DNA of 28,444 nt, from contig CAZKPV010000005.1 of assembly GCA_964554735.1 (NCBI GenBank), positions 1-28,444 of the forward strand, read 5' to 3'. The notes under the pieces were generated by a model. It was not told the DNA's origin, made no database searches, and worked only from the letters and a program-made list of their open reading frames with translations. Origin of the DNA: an uncultured Clostridia bacterium (lineage in GTDB: Bacteria > Bacillota > Desulfotomaculia > Desulfotomaculales > CAZKPV01). Every line of letters starts with the position of its first letter. Positions within the stretch are counted from its first letter, which is position 1. Below, one piece after another: positions 1-8,615 of this stretch. Made by a program: the position numbers and the translations under genes.

Positions 1-6
1 AAAAAG

Positions 7-438
7 ATGGGATTTGGCAAAAAAGTTGTGATACTTTTGCTAGCCTTGGCGGTGGCTTTCATGGGTTATCATTTTGTTAGCAGTGCAAGTGAAGGCGGGG
101 CCCTTGCTTTCCTGAACGGTAAGGACAAGGAAAATTATGAAACCTTGGATATGGGTTCAATGGTGGTAAACCTTAAGGATCATGGTTTTGGCCGTTACCT
201 GCGTATCAGCCCTATATTGCAATACACGAAAAACGCAAAATTAACCGAGGAGCTAAATGCCAAAAAACACTTACTTGAGGACTCTATGATCACTTGCCTG
301 AGGAACAAAACCTTCAGTGAAGTTCGCGAGGTTGAGGGTGTCGAGGAGCTCAAAGAAGATTTGCGACAAATTATCAACTCCAACTTATCGCAGGGCGAAG
401 TCCAGGACATTTATTTTGTGGAGTACCTGTTAAACTAA
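7..438 (+). CDS. fliL: Flagellar basal body-associated protein FliL
   Basis: N-terminal TM helix, then the FliL-type C-terminal domain (MVVNLKD...YLRISPIL...LKEDLRQIINSNL...VQDIYFVEYLLN); lies upstream of fliO/fliP. Confidence 0.85.
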   Translation: MGFGKKVVILLLALAVAFMGYHFVSSASEGGALAFLNGKDKENYETLDMGSMVVNLKDHGFGRYLRISPILQYTKNAKLTEELNAKKHLLEDSMITCLRNKTFSEVREVEGVEELKEDLRQIINSNLSQGEVQDIYFVEYLLN

Positions 439-465
439 TTCCGGACACAATGGGGGTGTAGGACC

Positions 466-858
466 ATGATGAGGGAAGACGAAATCAAGGATTTCCTGTC
501 GAATTTAAATGATAATAAGGTCAAAAAAAGAGCACCGGTTATAAAGAAAATTCAATTTCAGCCCTTTAAAGAAAACAAGGGGGCGGCCTTTGTTAAAACC
601 AGCATGAGCCATCTGGAAGATGTAACAGTGGACGTGGAAGCAGTTTTGGGAAACAGCGAAATTAAAGTCGAAGGGTTTTTGAATATAACCGAGGGTTCGT
701 TGATACGACTTGACACCCCCATTGGTGAAAACGCGACAGTATATATAAACGAGCAAAGGTTTGCCAAGGGCGAGATTATCGTCATCAATGATAGTTTTGC
801 CGTACGTATCACCGAAATCAACCATTTGCCCAATTTAAGAAAACTGGAGGAAATCTAA
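466..858 (+). CDS. fliN: FliN-like flagellar switch protein (FliM/FliN C-terminal SpoA domain)
   Basis: LEDVTVDVEAVLGNSEIKV...GSLIRLD...VYINEQRFAKGEIIVINDSFAVRITEI matches the FliN/SpoA pattern. Confidence 0.75.
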   Translation: MMREDEIKDFLSNLNDNKVKKRAPVIKKIQFQPFKENKGAAFVKTSMSHLEDVTVDVEAVLGNSEIKVEGFLNITEGSLIRLDTPIGENATVYINEQRFAKGEIIVINDSFAVRITEINHLPNLRKLEEI

Positions 859-1205
859 TGTCCGGTGAAGTGCTGGAGCTGTTTATCCGGCTTCTGATAG
901 TTCTGCCAATAATCCTGATACTGATGTTCCTGGTGTTCAAGTTTGGCATTTCGCGTAAACTGGCCGGTACGGATGGAGTTAAAAGGATGCGTTTGGTGGA
1001 GCATCTGCCCTTGGGCACAAAGTCCGTTTTGTCCATAGTCGAAGTGGGTGAAAAGTACTATCTGATCGCCCACAACGACAGAGGGTTTGAATTGATAAAG
1101 GAGTTGGATGAAATCCCTGGATCGGTTGGGGAGGCTACTCCGCCCAGTTTTTCGAAGATATTTAGCAACCTGACCGGCGGGGGTGGGAAAAAGCGTGAGG
1201 GGTAA
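858..1205 (+). CDS. fliO: Flagellar biogenesis protein FliO/FliZ
   Basis: N-terminal TM helix, then MRLVEHLPLGTKSVLSIVEVGEKYYLI, typical of FliO; directly upstream of fliP; 1-nt stop/start overlap with the previous gene. Confidence 0.85.
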   Translation: MSGEVLELFIRLLIVLPIILILMFLVFKFGISRKLAGTDGVKRMRLVEHLPLGTKSVLSIVEVGEKYYLIAHNDRGFELIKELDEIPGSVGEATPPSFSKIFSNLTGGGGKKREG

Positions 1206-1968
1206 ATGGTATTTACCGTTGACTGGACTGATTACTTCACTAGTTATACTATTGGTTGCAATGCCACAGGGGGCCTGGGCACAACCGGTTGAGGTGCCAA
1301 GCATAGGACTGAACATATCTCCGGCAGACGGTCCGGAGGAAGTGGTGGACAGTCTAAGGATTCTGATACTGCTGACCGTGTTGGCCCTGGCGCCGGCCTT
1401 TATGATAATGATGACATCGTTCACGCGTATAATCGTGGTCCTTTCACTTTTACGCAGCGCGCTTGGTTTTCACCAATCGCCGCCGAACCAGGTCTTGATT
1501 GGGCTGGCACTTTTCCTGACGATCTTTATAATGCTTCCGGTGTGGCACCAGGTTAACGAAAGTGCCGTACAGCCTTTTGTTAACGGCGAAATATCCCAGG
1601 CGGAAGCACAGGAACTGGGGGCGGGGCCGCTTCGCGAATTCATGCTCAAGCAGACGCGGGAAAAGGATCTGGCACTGTTTGTGGATATGTCGGGCGAGGG
1701 GCGGCCGGAGAACCAGGACGACCTGTCGATGGCGGTAATAATACCGGCCTTTGTCATCAGCGAGTTGAAGACGGCCTTTCAAATGGGATTTTTACTCTAT
1801 GTACCGTTTTTGATTATTGACATGGTGGTGGCCAGTACCCTGATGTCCATGGGAATGTTCATGTTGCCCCCGGTAATGATTTCGCTGCCGTTCAAATTAT
1901 TGCTGTTTGTAATGGTGGACGGCTGGTACCTTGTAGTTAAATCACTGGTAGAAAGCTTCGGCGGGTAG
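1195..1968 (+). CDS. fliP: Flagellar type III export protein FliP
   Basis: LLLTVLALAPAFMIMMTSFTRIIVVLSLLRSALG, PPNQVLIGLALFLT, PAFVISELKTAF, PFKLLLFVMVDGW. GTG at 1195 is preferred over 1183 because of the G-rich RBS just upstream. Confidence 0.97.
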   Translation: MRGKWYLPLTGLITSLVILLVAMPQGAWAQPVEVPSIGLNISPADGPEEVVDSLRILILLTVLALAPAFMIMMTSFTRIIVVLSLLRSALGFHQSPPNQVLIGLALFLTIFIMLPVWHQVNESAVQPFVNGEISQAEAQELGAGPLREFMLKQTREKDLALFVDMSGEGRPENQDDLSMAVIIPAFVISELKTAFQMGFLLYVPFLIIDMVVASTLMSMGMFMLPPVMISLPFKLLLFVMVDGWYLVVKSLVESFGG

Positions 1969-1984
1969 AACACAAGAGGAAGAA

Positions 1985-2009
1985 CACAGAGGGACGTTCC
2001 TTTTGTGCA
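1985..2009. repeat. REP-like imperfect hairpin CACAGAGGGA-CGT-TCCTTTTGTG, copy 1
   Basis: 10-bp stem with two G.T pairs and a 3-nt loop; 24/25 identical to the reverse complement of 2644-2668. Confidence 0.75.
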
Positions 2010-2055
2010 GTTTAAGCTCTCTTTGTTGCAAAAATTGCCCCTTGGCGCGTGTCGG

Positions 2056-2205
2056 TGGCCAAAAAAGCAGGTAATGTGTTGATTGTGAAAAATTAATGTA
2101 AGTTTCACCCAGATAATCAACACATTAGTTAACATTTTGGCCAATTATATCCGTTATGTAACATTGATGTCAATCTTACCCAAACATTAGTTGAAATTTT
2201 GGCCA
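2056..2205. repeat. Palindromic/direct repeat array in the fliP-fliQ spacer
   Basis: TGGCCAAAA-N7-TAATGTGTTGATT (2056-2084) is inverted against AATCAACACATTA-N7-TTTTGGCCA (2115-2143). An inner GTGAAA/TTTCAC pair sits at 2085-2090/2103-2108. Direct repeat ACATTAGTTaAcATTTTGGCCA (2122-2143) / ACATTAGTTgAaATTTTGGCCA (2184-2205), period 62. Confidence 0.8.
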
Positions 2206-2214
2206 GTCGACTTC

Positions 2215-2265
2215 CAAACATGGGAGCGGCGTACAAACATGGGAGCGGCGTACAAACATGGGAGC
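2215..2265. repeat. 19-bp tandem repeat (CAAACATGGGAGCGGCGTA) x2.7
   Basis: Perfect copies at 2215-2233 and 2234-2252; partial copy at 2253-2265. Confidence 0.95.
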
Positions 2266-2343
2266 AATGTAGAGGTATGTCATTGCAATGAAGTTTTGGC
2301 GGGTGACATGGTGGCATAGAGGGTGGCCCTGGAGGGATGCTAA

Positions 2344-2613
2344 ATGACGGAAACTTTTGCAGTAAATGTAGCCCGAGAGGCTCTAATGATGGTTTTGGTC
2401 CTGGCCCTACCCGGCTTAGGCGTGAGCCTCATTGTAGGGCTTGCGATCAGTATCCTCCAGGCAACTACGCAAATACAGGAGCAGACACTGACATTTGTGC
2501 CTAAAATTGTGGCGGTATATCTTACCTTGTTGATTTTAGCCGGTTGGCTGTTGCGGGTAGCAGTGAACTTTACCGTAAAACTCTACTCACACCTTCCAAC
2601 GCTAGTGCGATGA
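2344..2613 (+). CDS. fliQ: Flagellar export protein FliQ
   Basis: GLAISILQATTQIQEQTLTFVPKI signature; 89 aa; GGAGGG RBS upstream. Confidence 0.97.
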   Translation: MTETFAVNVAREALMMVLVLALPGLGVSLIVGLAISILQATTQIQEQTLTFVPKIVAVYLTLLILAGWLLRVAVNFTVKLYSHLPTLVR

Positions 2614-2643
2614 GGGGCCGGGGCCGCGGTGAAACGGGCCAAG

Positions 2644-2691
2644 TGCGCAAAAGGAACGTCCCTCTGTGCCAAAGGAACGCCCCTCTGTGTT
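2644..2691. repeat. Two tandem REP-like copies (AAAGGAACG[T/C]CCCTCTGTG), inverted relative to 1985-2009
   Basis: Copies at 2644-2668 and 2671-2691 (21-bp period), in the fliQ-fliR spacer. Confidence 0.75.
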
Positions 2692-2713
2692 GGGCGGAAA
2701 GGTTGGAGGCTAA

Positions 2714-3481
2714 TTGTTGGATTATGTTCAGCTTGGGACGTTTTTCTTAGTGCTTACACGGGCGACTGCATTTGCAGCGACAGCGCCGTTTTTCGCACTG
2801 GGGAACATTCCCAATATGGCCAAAATTGTACTGGGATTTGTCCTGGCCCTGGTGCTGACACCTACGCTGGCAGTTTCCGACCCGGCCCTGTTTGCAAATT
2901 TTTTGAGCTTCATGCTGGCCGCACTGTTCGAAACAGGTATTGGCCTGTGTTTGGGGCTGTTGGCAACGCTGGTGCTGTCGGCGGTCAGGGTAACCGGGCA
3001 GTTTATGGATTTTCAGGTAGGACTCATAGTCTCGGGAACCTTTGACCCCCTGTCCGCTGACCAGGCCACGATTTTGTCCAGGTTTCTGTTCCTGCTGAGC
3101 ATACTTGTTTTTCTGATACTGGACGGCCATCACATGCTAATCAACGGATTGAGCGACAGCTACAGGCTAGTGCCGCCGGGCGGGGTTACTTTTCAACAGG
3201 CCCAGGTCTTCATCGGTATCAGGGCATTCGCACAGATGTTTACCATTGCCTTACAGATGGCCCTGCCGATAATTGCAGTTGTGGTCATTACCGATATATC
3301 CCTCGGGTTTATCGGGCGCACGGCACCGCAGATGAACATATTTATGCTTGGTTTTCCAATGAAAATCGCCGTGGGCTTTCTGACCTTGGTGATAGTGGTA
3401 CCTTTTTTGGGAGTTATCTTCCGAACACTGTTTCAACTAATACAAACAAACATGAACAACTTTCTTAGGGGTTTTATCTGA
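2714..3481 (+). CDS. fliR: Flagellar export protein FliR
   Basis: FFLVLTRATAF...APFF, GQFMDFQVGL, FLILDGHHMLI, GRTAPQMNIFMLGFPMKI. TTG start at 2714 or 2717 after GGAGG. Confidence 0.96.
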   Translation: MLDYVQLGTFFLVLTRATAFAATAPFFALGNIPNMAKIVLGFVLALVLTPTLAVSDPALFANFLSFMLAALFETGIGLCLGLLATLVLSAVRVTGQFMDFQVGLIVSGTFDPLSADQATILSRFLFLLSILVFLILDGHHMLINGLSDSYRLVPPGGVTFQQAQVFIGIRAFAQMFTIALQMALPIIAVVVITDISLGFIGRTAPQMNIFMLGFPMKIAVGFLTLVIVVPFLGVIFRTLFQLIQTNMNNFLRGFI

Positions 3482-4545
3482 TGTCCGAGAATACCGGGGC
3501 GCAAGAAAAAACTGAAGAGGCGACTCCACGACGAATCAGGGAAGCCCGCCGCAAAGGCCAGGTTGGCAAGAGCAGCGATTTAAATGGGGCCCTGATCCTG
3601 ACAAGTGCCGTCCTGTTGTTTTACGCCACCAAGGAAACAATGCTTCACTCCATGGAAAGATGGCTATCTGCACATTTTTCCAACAACGTACTTTATCAGG
3701 TTGAAACAGATGTGCTGTACGTAATAAAAAGTTGTGTTTGGTTCTTTTTGCAGTTTACTTGGCCGGTATTTCTTTTGGTCTTCCTGGTGGCCCTCTTGGT
3801 TAACTTGATGCAGGTGGGCTTCCTATTTGCACCGGATGTACTCACCCCGAAGCCGGAAAGATTGAACCCGGTAAATGGCTTCAAGCGGATATTTTCCACC
3901 CGGAGCCTAGTAGAGTTTGGGAAAACGATTGTCAAGGTGGTTGTGGTCGGACTTGTGATTTACGGTCTGGTCAAAAGCCGTTTGGAAAGCCTCATCCTCC
4001 TCTACAATGAATCGCCGGCCGGGGCCTTGCACGGAGTGACGAGTTTAATCCTCTTCGTATTACTGGTGGGATGCGCCACCTATCTGGCACTCGCGGCGTT
4101 GGACTTTTTCTACCAGAAATACGAATACAAGAAGAGCCTGCGCATGTCCAAGCAAGAGGTAAAGGACGAAATGAAACACACTGAGGGGGACCCGCTCATA
4201 AAAAGCATGATGCGGGAGCGAAGGCGTCAAATATCAATGAATTTGCTCATCAGCGATGTCCCGGATGCAACAGTTGTCGTGACCAACCCGATTCACTATG
4301 CAGTGGCCCTTCGCTACGAAGAAGATGAAACAGAAGCACCCATAGTACAGGCAAAAGGGGCGGGCTATTTTGCCGAAAGGATCAAAGATATCGCGCGGGA
4401 ACACGGGATACCCGTTATAGAAAAACCGGAAATAGCACGCTTCCTCTTCCGGCGGGTGGAAGTCGGGGAGGCCATACCGATTGAGCTTTACCAGGCGGTG
4501 GCGGAAATCCTGGCAATGGTTTATCGGATGAAAGAAAACAGCTAG
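3481..4545 (+). CDS. flhB: Flagellar export switch protein FlhB
   Basis: EKTEEATPRRIREARRKGQV, MSKQEVKDEMKHTEGDP and the autocleavage motif VVTNPIHYAVAL (NPIH variant of NPTH). Confidence 0.97.
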   Translation: MSENTGAQEKTEEATPRRIREARRKGQVGKSSDLNGALILTSAVLLFYATKETMLHSMERWLSAHFSNNVLYQVETDVLYVIKSCVWFFLQFTWPVFLLVFLVALLVNLMQVGFLFAPDVLTPKPERLNPVNGFKRIFSTRSLVEFGKTIVKVVVVGLVIYGLVKSRLESLILLYNESPAGALHGVTSLILFVLLVGCATYLALAALDFFYQKYEYKKSLRMSKQEVKDEMKHTEGDPLIKSMMRERRRQISMNLLISDVPDATVVVTNPIHYAVALRYEEDETEAPIVQAKGAGYFAERIKDIAREHGIPVIEKPEIARFLFRRVEVGEAIPIELYQAVAEILAMVYRMKENS

Positions 4546-4596
4546 CGTATCAAATAGCACACCGAACAGCGTACAAAAAGGAGGCGGACAAACCCA

Positions 4597-6666
4597 TTGG
4601 CAACATCAGCGGCTAGGGCAAACCTAAAAAAATACGGCGATCTCTTGATAGCAGTCATGGTAGTAAGTATTGTCCTGCTGATAATTATACCGCTGACACC
4701 GGGGATGCTCGACTTCCTGTTGACGATAAGCATTGCCCTGAGCATGACCATCTTTTTAATTACGCTCTTTACAACCGAGCCGCTACAGTTTTCCGTTTTC
4801 CCATCGCTACTTTTAGTGGTGACCCTCTACCGGCTGGCACTAAATATTTCCTCGACACGCCTTATCCTGGGGCAGGCCCAGGCGGGCGAGATTATCGCCG
4901 CCTTCGGTAACTTTGTAGTCGGTGGCAACTATGTCGTCGGGATGGTAGTGTTTTTGATTATCACCGTTATCCAGTTCGTGGTGATCACCAACGGTGCCGG
5001 CCGGGTGGCCGAGGTTACCGCCCGATTCACCCTTGATGCCATGCCCGGTAAGCAAATGAGCATTGATGCCGATTTCAATTCCGGCCTTATAACCGAAAAT
5101 GAGGCCCGCAAGCGGCGCAAACACCTCCAGGAGGAAGCGGACTTTTTCGGGGCCATGGACGGGGCCAGCAAATTCGTCCGCGGGGATGCAATTGCCGGTC
5201 TGGTTATCATCATAATCAACATTGTCGGCGGCCTATCCATCGGGGTACTCCAAAGGGGTATGGAAGTGGGAGGAGCCTTACAGCTTTATACCTTACTCAC
5301 TGTCGGGGACGGACTGGTTTCCCAGATACCGGCACTTTTGGTTTCCACCGGAACAGGTATACTGGTAACCCGGGCGGCAACGGGGGAAAGTTTCGGCCAT
5401 GATTTGACTGCACAATTTTTCACCTTTCCAAGGGTACTCTACCTAGTTGGCGGTATGTTGGTCCTGATGGGTTTCATACCCACCATGCCCACCCTGGTAT
5501 TTGCGGTTATGGGGGCCTTGACCGGCTACCTGGCCTATACCCTACAAAAGGAGCAGGCACAAAAGCTTATTGAACGAGAACAAGTAAAATTGCAACAGCA
5601 ACAGAAGGAAAAGCGACAGGAACCGGAGGATGTGTTCAGCTACCTGCAAGTGGATGTCCTGGAAATAGAAATCGGCTACAACCTGATCCCTTTAACCGAT
5701 GAAGCCCAGGGGGGGGACCTCCTGCAAAGGCTGACTAGGGTGCGGAGACAATGCGCCACCGAGATGGGAATCTTCCTGAGGCCGATACGTATCAGGGACA
5801 ACCTGGAGCTGAAACCCAATGCCTACGTTTTCAAAATAAAGGGTGAAGAAATTATACAGGGAGAGGTGATGCCGGGTCATTATCTGGTAATGGATCCGAC
5901 AGGGGAGGCCACCAAGATCAAAGGTATACCGACAGTAGAACCCACCTTCGGGCTTTCCGCCTGGTGGGTGTCGGAAGATGACAAGGAAGAAGCCGAACTG
6001 GCCGATTTAACGGTTGTGGATTGCGCCACGGTGTTAATAACACATTTGACTGAGTTTATAAAAACCCACGCCCACGAGCTGTTGGGCCGCCAGGAGCTAC
6101 AGGAGCTAATCGATGAGGTTAAAAAGCACAGCCCAGCGGTAGTAGAGGAGCTAATTCCCAACCTTTTAACCCTAGGGGAAATACAAAAGGTTATCCAAAA
6201 CCTCCTACGGGAGCGGGTGCCGGTGCGGGATTTGGTTACCGTTTTGGAGGCCATGGCCGATGGGGCCAGGATCAACAAGGAAAGTGATTTTCTTACGGAA
6301 TATGCCCGTAACGCCTTGGCCCGGACTATTTCCCGCCAGTATGCTTCACCCGGAGGGAAAATAGCGGTTATAACCCTACACCCCAAGGTGGAACAATTGC
6401 TGATCGAATCAACGCAGCAGACTCAATTTGGGTCCTATCCGGCACTGGAACCGGGGAAAATGCAACTGTTGTTGACCAATGTAAAGAAAACGGCCGAAAA
6501 GCTGACGCTGAAAGGAATGCCCGCGGTGGTACTTTGTTCTTCCCAAGTGCGGATGCTTTTTAGAAGATTAACGGAACGGTACATGCCGCAGTTGGCCGTG
6601 CTTTCACTAAATGAGATTTCACAAGAGGTTGAAGTCGAAGCTGTAGGGACGGTGATGCTCAATTGA
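4597..6666 (+). CDS. flhA: Flagellar export gate protein FlhA
   Basis: FSVFPSLLLVVTLYRLALNISSTRLIL, GAGRVAEVTARFTLDAMPGKQMSIDAD, FFGAMDGASKFVRGDAIAG; TTG start after AGGAGG. Confidence 0.98.
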   Translation: MATSAARANLKKYGDLLIAVMVVSIVLLIIIPLTPGMLDFLLTISIALSMTIFLITLFTTEPLQFSVFPSLLLVVTLYRLALNISSTRLILGQAQAGEIIAAFGNFVVGGNYVVGMVVFLIITVIQFVVITNGAGRVAEVTARFTLDAMPGKQMSIDADFNSGLITENEARKRRKHLQEEADFFGAMDGASKFVRGDAIAGLVIIIINIVGGLSIGVLQRGMEVGGALQLYTLLTVGDGLVSQIPALLVSTGTGILVTRAATGESFGHDLTAQFFTFPRVLYLVGGMLVLMGFIPTMPTLVFAVMGALTGYLAYTLQKEQAQKLIEREQVKLQQQQKEKRQEPEDVFSYLQVDVLEIEIGYNLIPLTDEAQGGDLLQRLTRVRRQCATEMGIFLRPIRIRDNLELKPNAYVFKIKGEEIIQGEVMPGHYLVMDPTGEATKIKGIPTVEPTFGLSAWWVSEDDKEEAELADLTVVDCATVLITHLTEFIKTHAHELLGRQELQELIDEVKKHSPAVVEELIPNLLTLGEIQKVIQNLLRERVPVRDLVTVLEAMADGARINKESDFLTEYARNALARTISRQYASPGGKIAVITLHPKVEQLLIESTQQTQFGSYPALEPGKMQLLLTNVKKTAEKLTLKGMPAVVLCSSQVRMLFRRLTERYMPQLAVLSLNEISQEVEVEAVGTVMLN

Positions 6667-7775
6667 AAATAAGAAAGTATCTCGCGAAGGATATCCAGGA
6701 AGCCATACGTTTGATTAAGAGCGACCTGGGTCCGGATGCGGTAATAATTAGCAGTAAAAAGGTTTACGGCCGGGGATTCCTGGGCCTCTTTCAAAGGCAA
6801 CTGGAAGTAACCGCGGCCCTAGATGGACAGGCTGCGGCCCGGCAGGCAAAAGCCGAGGAAAAAAGGGCGGACGGCCCCTTCAGGAACATCCAAAGGGAGC
6901 TGTACGAAGTTAAAAACATGCTCAATCGGGTGGTGCAAAGACAGGTGGGGGAGACTCCGGAGGAGACCTTTGCCGGAAAATGGCGGGAGTATTTGGCTGG
7001 GATGGACATAGAGGGGGAAGTTGCCGACAAACTCCTTGACACTTTGGATCCGAACAGCGACGTGGAAATGGCCATCTACAACCGGGTTGCCCGGCTACTG
7101 GATCCAATATATGAGAACAACAGCCAGACCAGGATTATGAGTTTCATAGGTCCAACGGGGGTGGGCAAAACCACCACTCTAGCCAAGTTGGCGGCTAACT
7201 TGAAGGTGTATAAAAAGAAGAGAATAGCCATGATTACCATTGATACCTACCGTATCGGTGCCGTTGAGCAACTAAAAACTTACGCCGAGATTCTGGATGT
7301 GCCCTTCGATGTTGTGATGACGACACAGGAGATGGACAAGGCCCTGGCAAAGCACCGTGACAAGGATCTAATACTGATTGACACGGCCGGCCGGTCACCA
7401 TCGGACACGGAAAAAATTTCGGAACTAAAAACGCTCCTGGCGGGGGTTGGCCCCCACGATGTCTACCTTGTTTTAAGTTGTAATACACGTCGGCAGGATA
7501 TGCAAAAATACATCAGACATTTTCGCGAACTCAAATACAACAAATTTATCTTCACCAAACTTGATGAAACGGACGTCTACGGTTCACTTTTAAGCGTTAT
7601 GTACGGGCATTCCATGCCGGTTTCCTACATAACCAACGGACAAAACGTGCCTGACGATATATTGGAAATGAACCCTCAAACAGTAGCGAATCTTTTATTT
7701 AGGGAGTTGGTCAGCAGTGATGGGGATGGACCAGGCCTCGAAGTTAAGGGAATTGATTGGCAAACCACAGATTAA
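6663..7775 (+). CDS. flhF: Flagellar SRP-type GTPase FlhF
   Basis: MKIRKYLAKDIQEAIRLIKSDLGPDAVIIS; P-loop GPTGVGKTTTLAKLAA; DTYRIGAVEQL; DTAGRS; TKLDET. Confidence 0.96.
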   Translation: MKIRKYLAKDIQEAIRLIKSDLGPDAVIISSKKVYGRGFLGLFQRQLEVTAALDGQAAARQAKAEEKRADGPFRNIQRELYEVKNMLNRVVQRQVGETPEETFAGKWREYLAGMDIEGEVADKLLDTLDPNSDVEMAIYNRVARLLDPIYENNSQTRIMSFIGPTGVGKTTTLAKLAANLKVYKKKRIAMITIDTYRIGAVEQLKTYAEILDVPFDVVMTTQEMDKALAKHRDKDLILIDTAGRSPSDTEKISELKTLLAGVGPHDVYLVLSCNTRRQDMQKYIRHFRELKYNKFIFTKLDETDVYGSLLSVMYGHSMPVSYITNGQNVPDDILEMNPQTVANLLFRELVSSDGDGPGLEVKGIDWQTTD

Positions 7776-8607
7776 GCCCGGCCCCGAACAAGGTCCCACA
7801 CCCTCCGGCTCGCGCATTATAGCAGTCACTAGCGGCAAAGGCGGCGTGGGCAAGACCAGTTTAGTCGTCAATGTGGCGGTTTTGCTGGCAAAAATGGGTA
7901 AAAGAGTTGTGGTTTTTGATGCCGATATGGGGCTGGCTAATGCCGAGGTACTCCTGGGCTTGAATCCCCGTTATACCTTGTACGAAGTAATACGTGGAGA
8001 AAAGACACTGGATGAGGTAATGTTGCAGGGTCCGTACAACCTCAACATTATCTCCGGCGGTTCCGGTATGCAGGAGTTAGTCGATTTGGATGACACCCAG
8101 CTTGACAGATTGCTTTCCTCATTTGTGGGCCTGGAGGCGAAAACAGACTTCGTTTTGGTGGACACGGGTGCCGGAATTTCCAAAAATGTCCTTGGATTTG
8201 TGGCCGCGGCCCGGGAAGTTTTGGTGGTAGTCACACCGGAACCGGCTTCTTTGACGGATGCCTATGCCTTGATCAAGGTCCTGGCAAAATTTAAAACCCA
8301 TACGGAGGTTGGCCTGGTTGTCAATAGGGTGATGGGGGCTAGGGAGGCAATATTCACGGCCAACAAGATGAAGACAGTGGCGGCAAAATTTTTAAACATT
8401 ACCGTTAGAAATATCGGCTACGTTATAGAGGATAAAATAATCAGACAGGCAAGCAAGGCCCAGGAACCTTTTGTTTTGATGAGACCCGGGGCTACTGCTT
8501 CCTGCAATCTTGCGGATATTACCGGGGCCATAGTAAACAAATGCGAACATACGCCGGATACGGGCATAACTTCTTTTATAGGGAAGCTGGTGCGTTTGTT
8601 CAGGTAA
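7717..8607 (+). CDS. flhG: MinD-like ATPase FlhG/FleN
   Basis: MDQASKLRELI N-terminus; deviant Walker A SGKGGVGKT; DADMGLAN; DTGAGIS; TPEPASLTDAYALIK. Confidence 0.95.
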   Translation: MMGMDQASKLRELIGKPQIKPGPEQGPTPSGSRIIAVTSGKGGVGKTSLVVNVAVLLAKMGKRVVVFDADMGLANAEVLLGLNPRYTLYEVIRGEKTLDEVMLQGPYNLNIISGGSGMQELVDLDDTQLDRLLSSFVGLEAKTDFVLVDTGAGISKNVLGFVAAAREVLVVVTPEPASLTDAYALIKVLAKFKTHTEVGLVVNRVMGAREAIFTANKMKTVAAKFLNITVRNIGYVIEDKIIRQASKAQEPFVLMRPGATASCNLADITGAIVNKCEHTPDTGITSFIGKLVRLFR

Positions 8608-8615
8608 GGAGAAAC

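Noticed and set aside
2130-2157. Sigma-28 promoter (TAAC-N16-TCCGTTAT) upstream of fliQ
   Set aside because: Weak match to TAAA-N15/16-GCCGATAT and embedded in the repeat array.
2215-2265. Mini-CRISPR
   Set aside because: The units are directly adjacent with no spacers, so this is a simple tandem repeat.
2629-3045. 138-aa ORF with repeated KGTSLC/KGTPLC peptides (also KGTSLC in ORF 1797..2144)
   Set aside because: The peptides are translations of the REP-like DNA motif, and the rest overlaps fliR or fliP out of frame or antisense.
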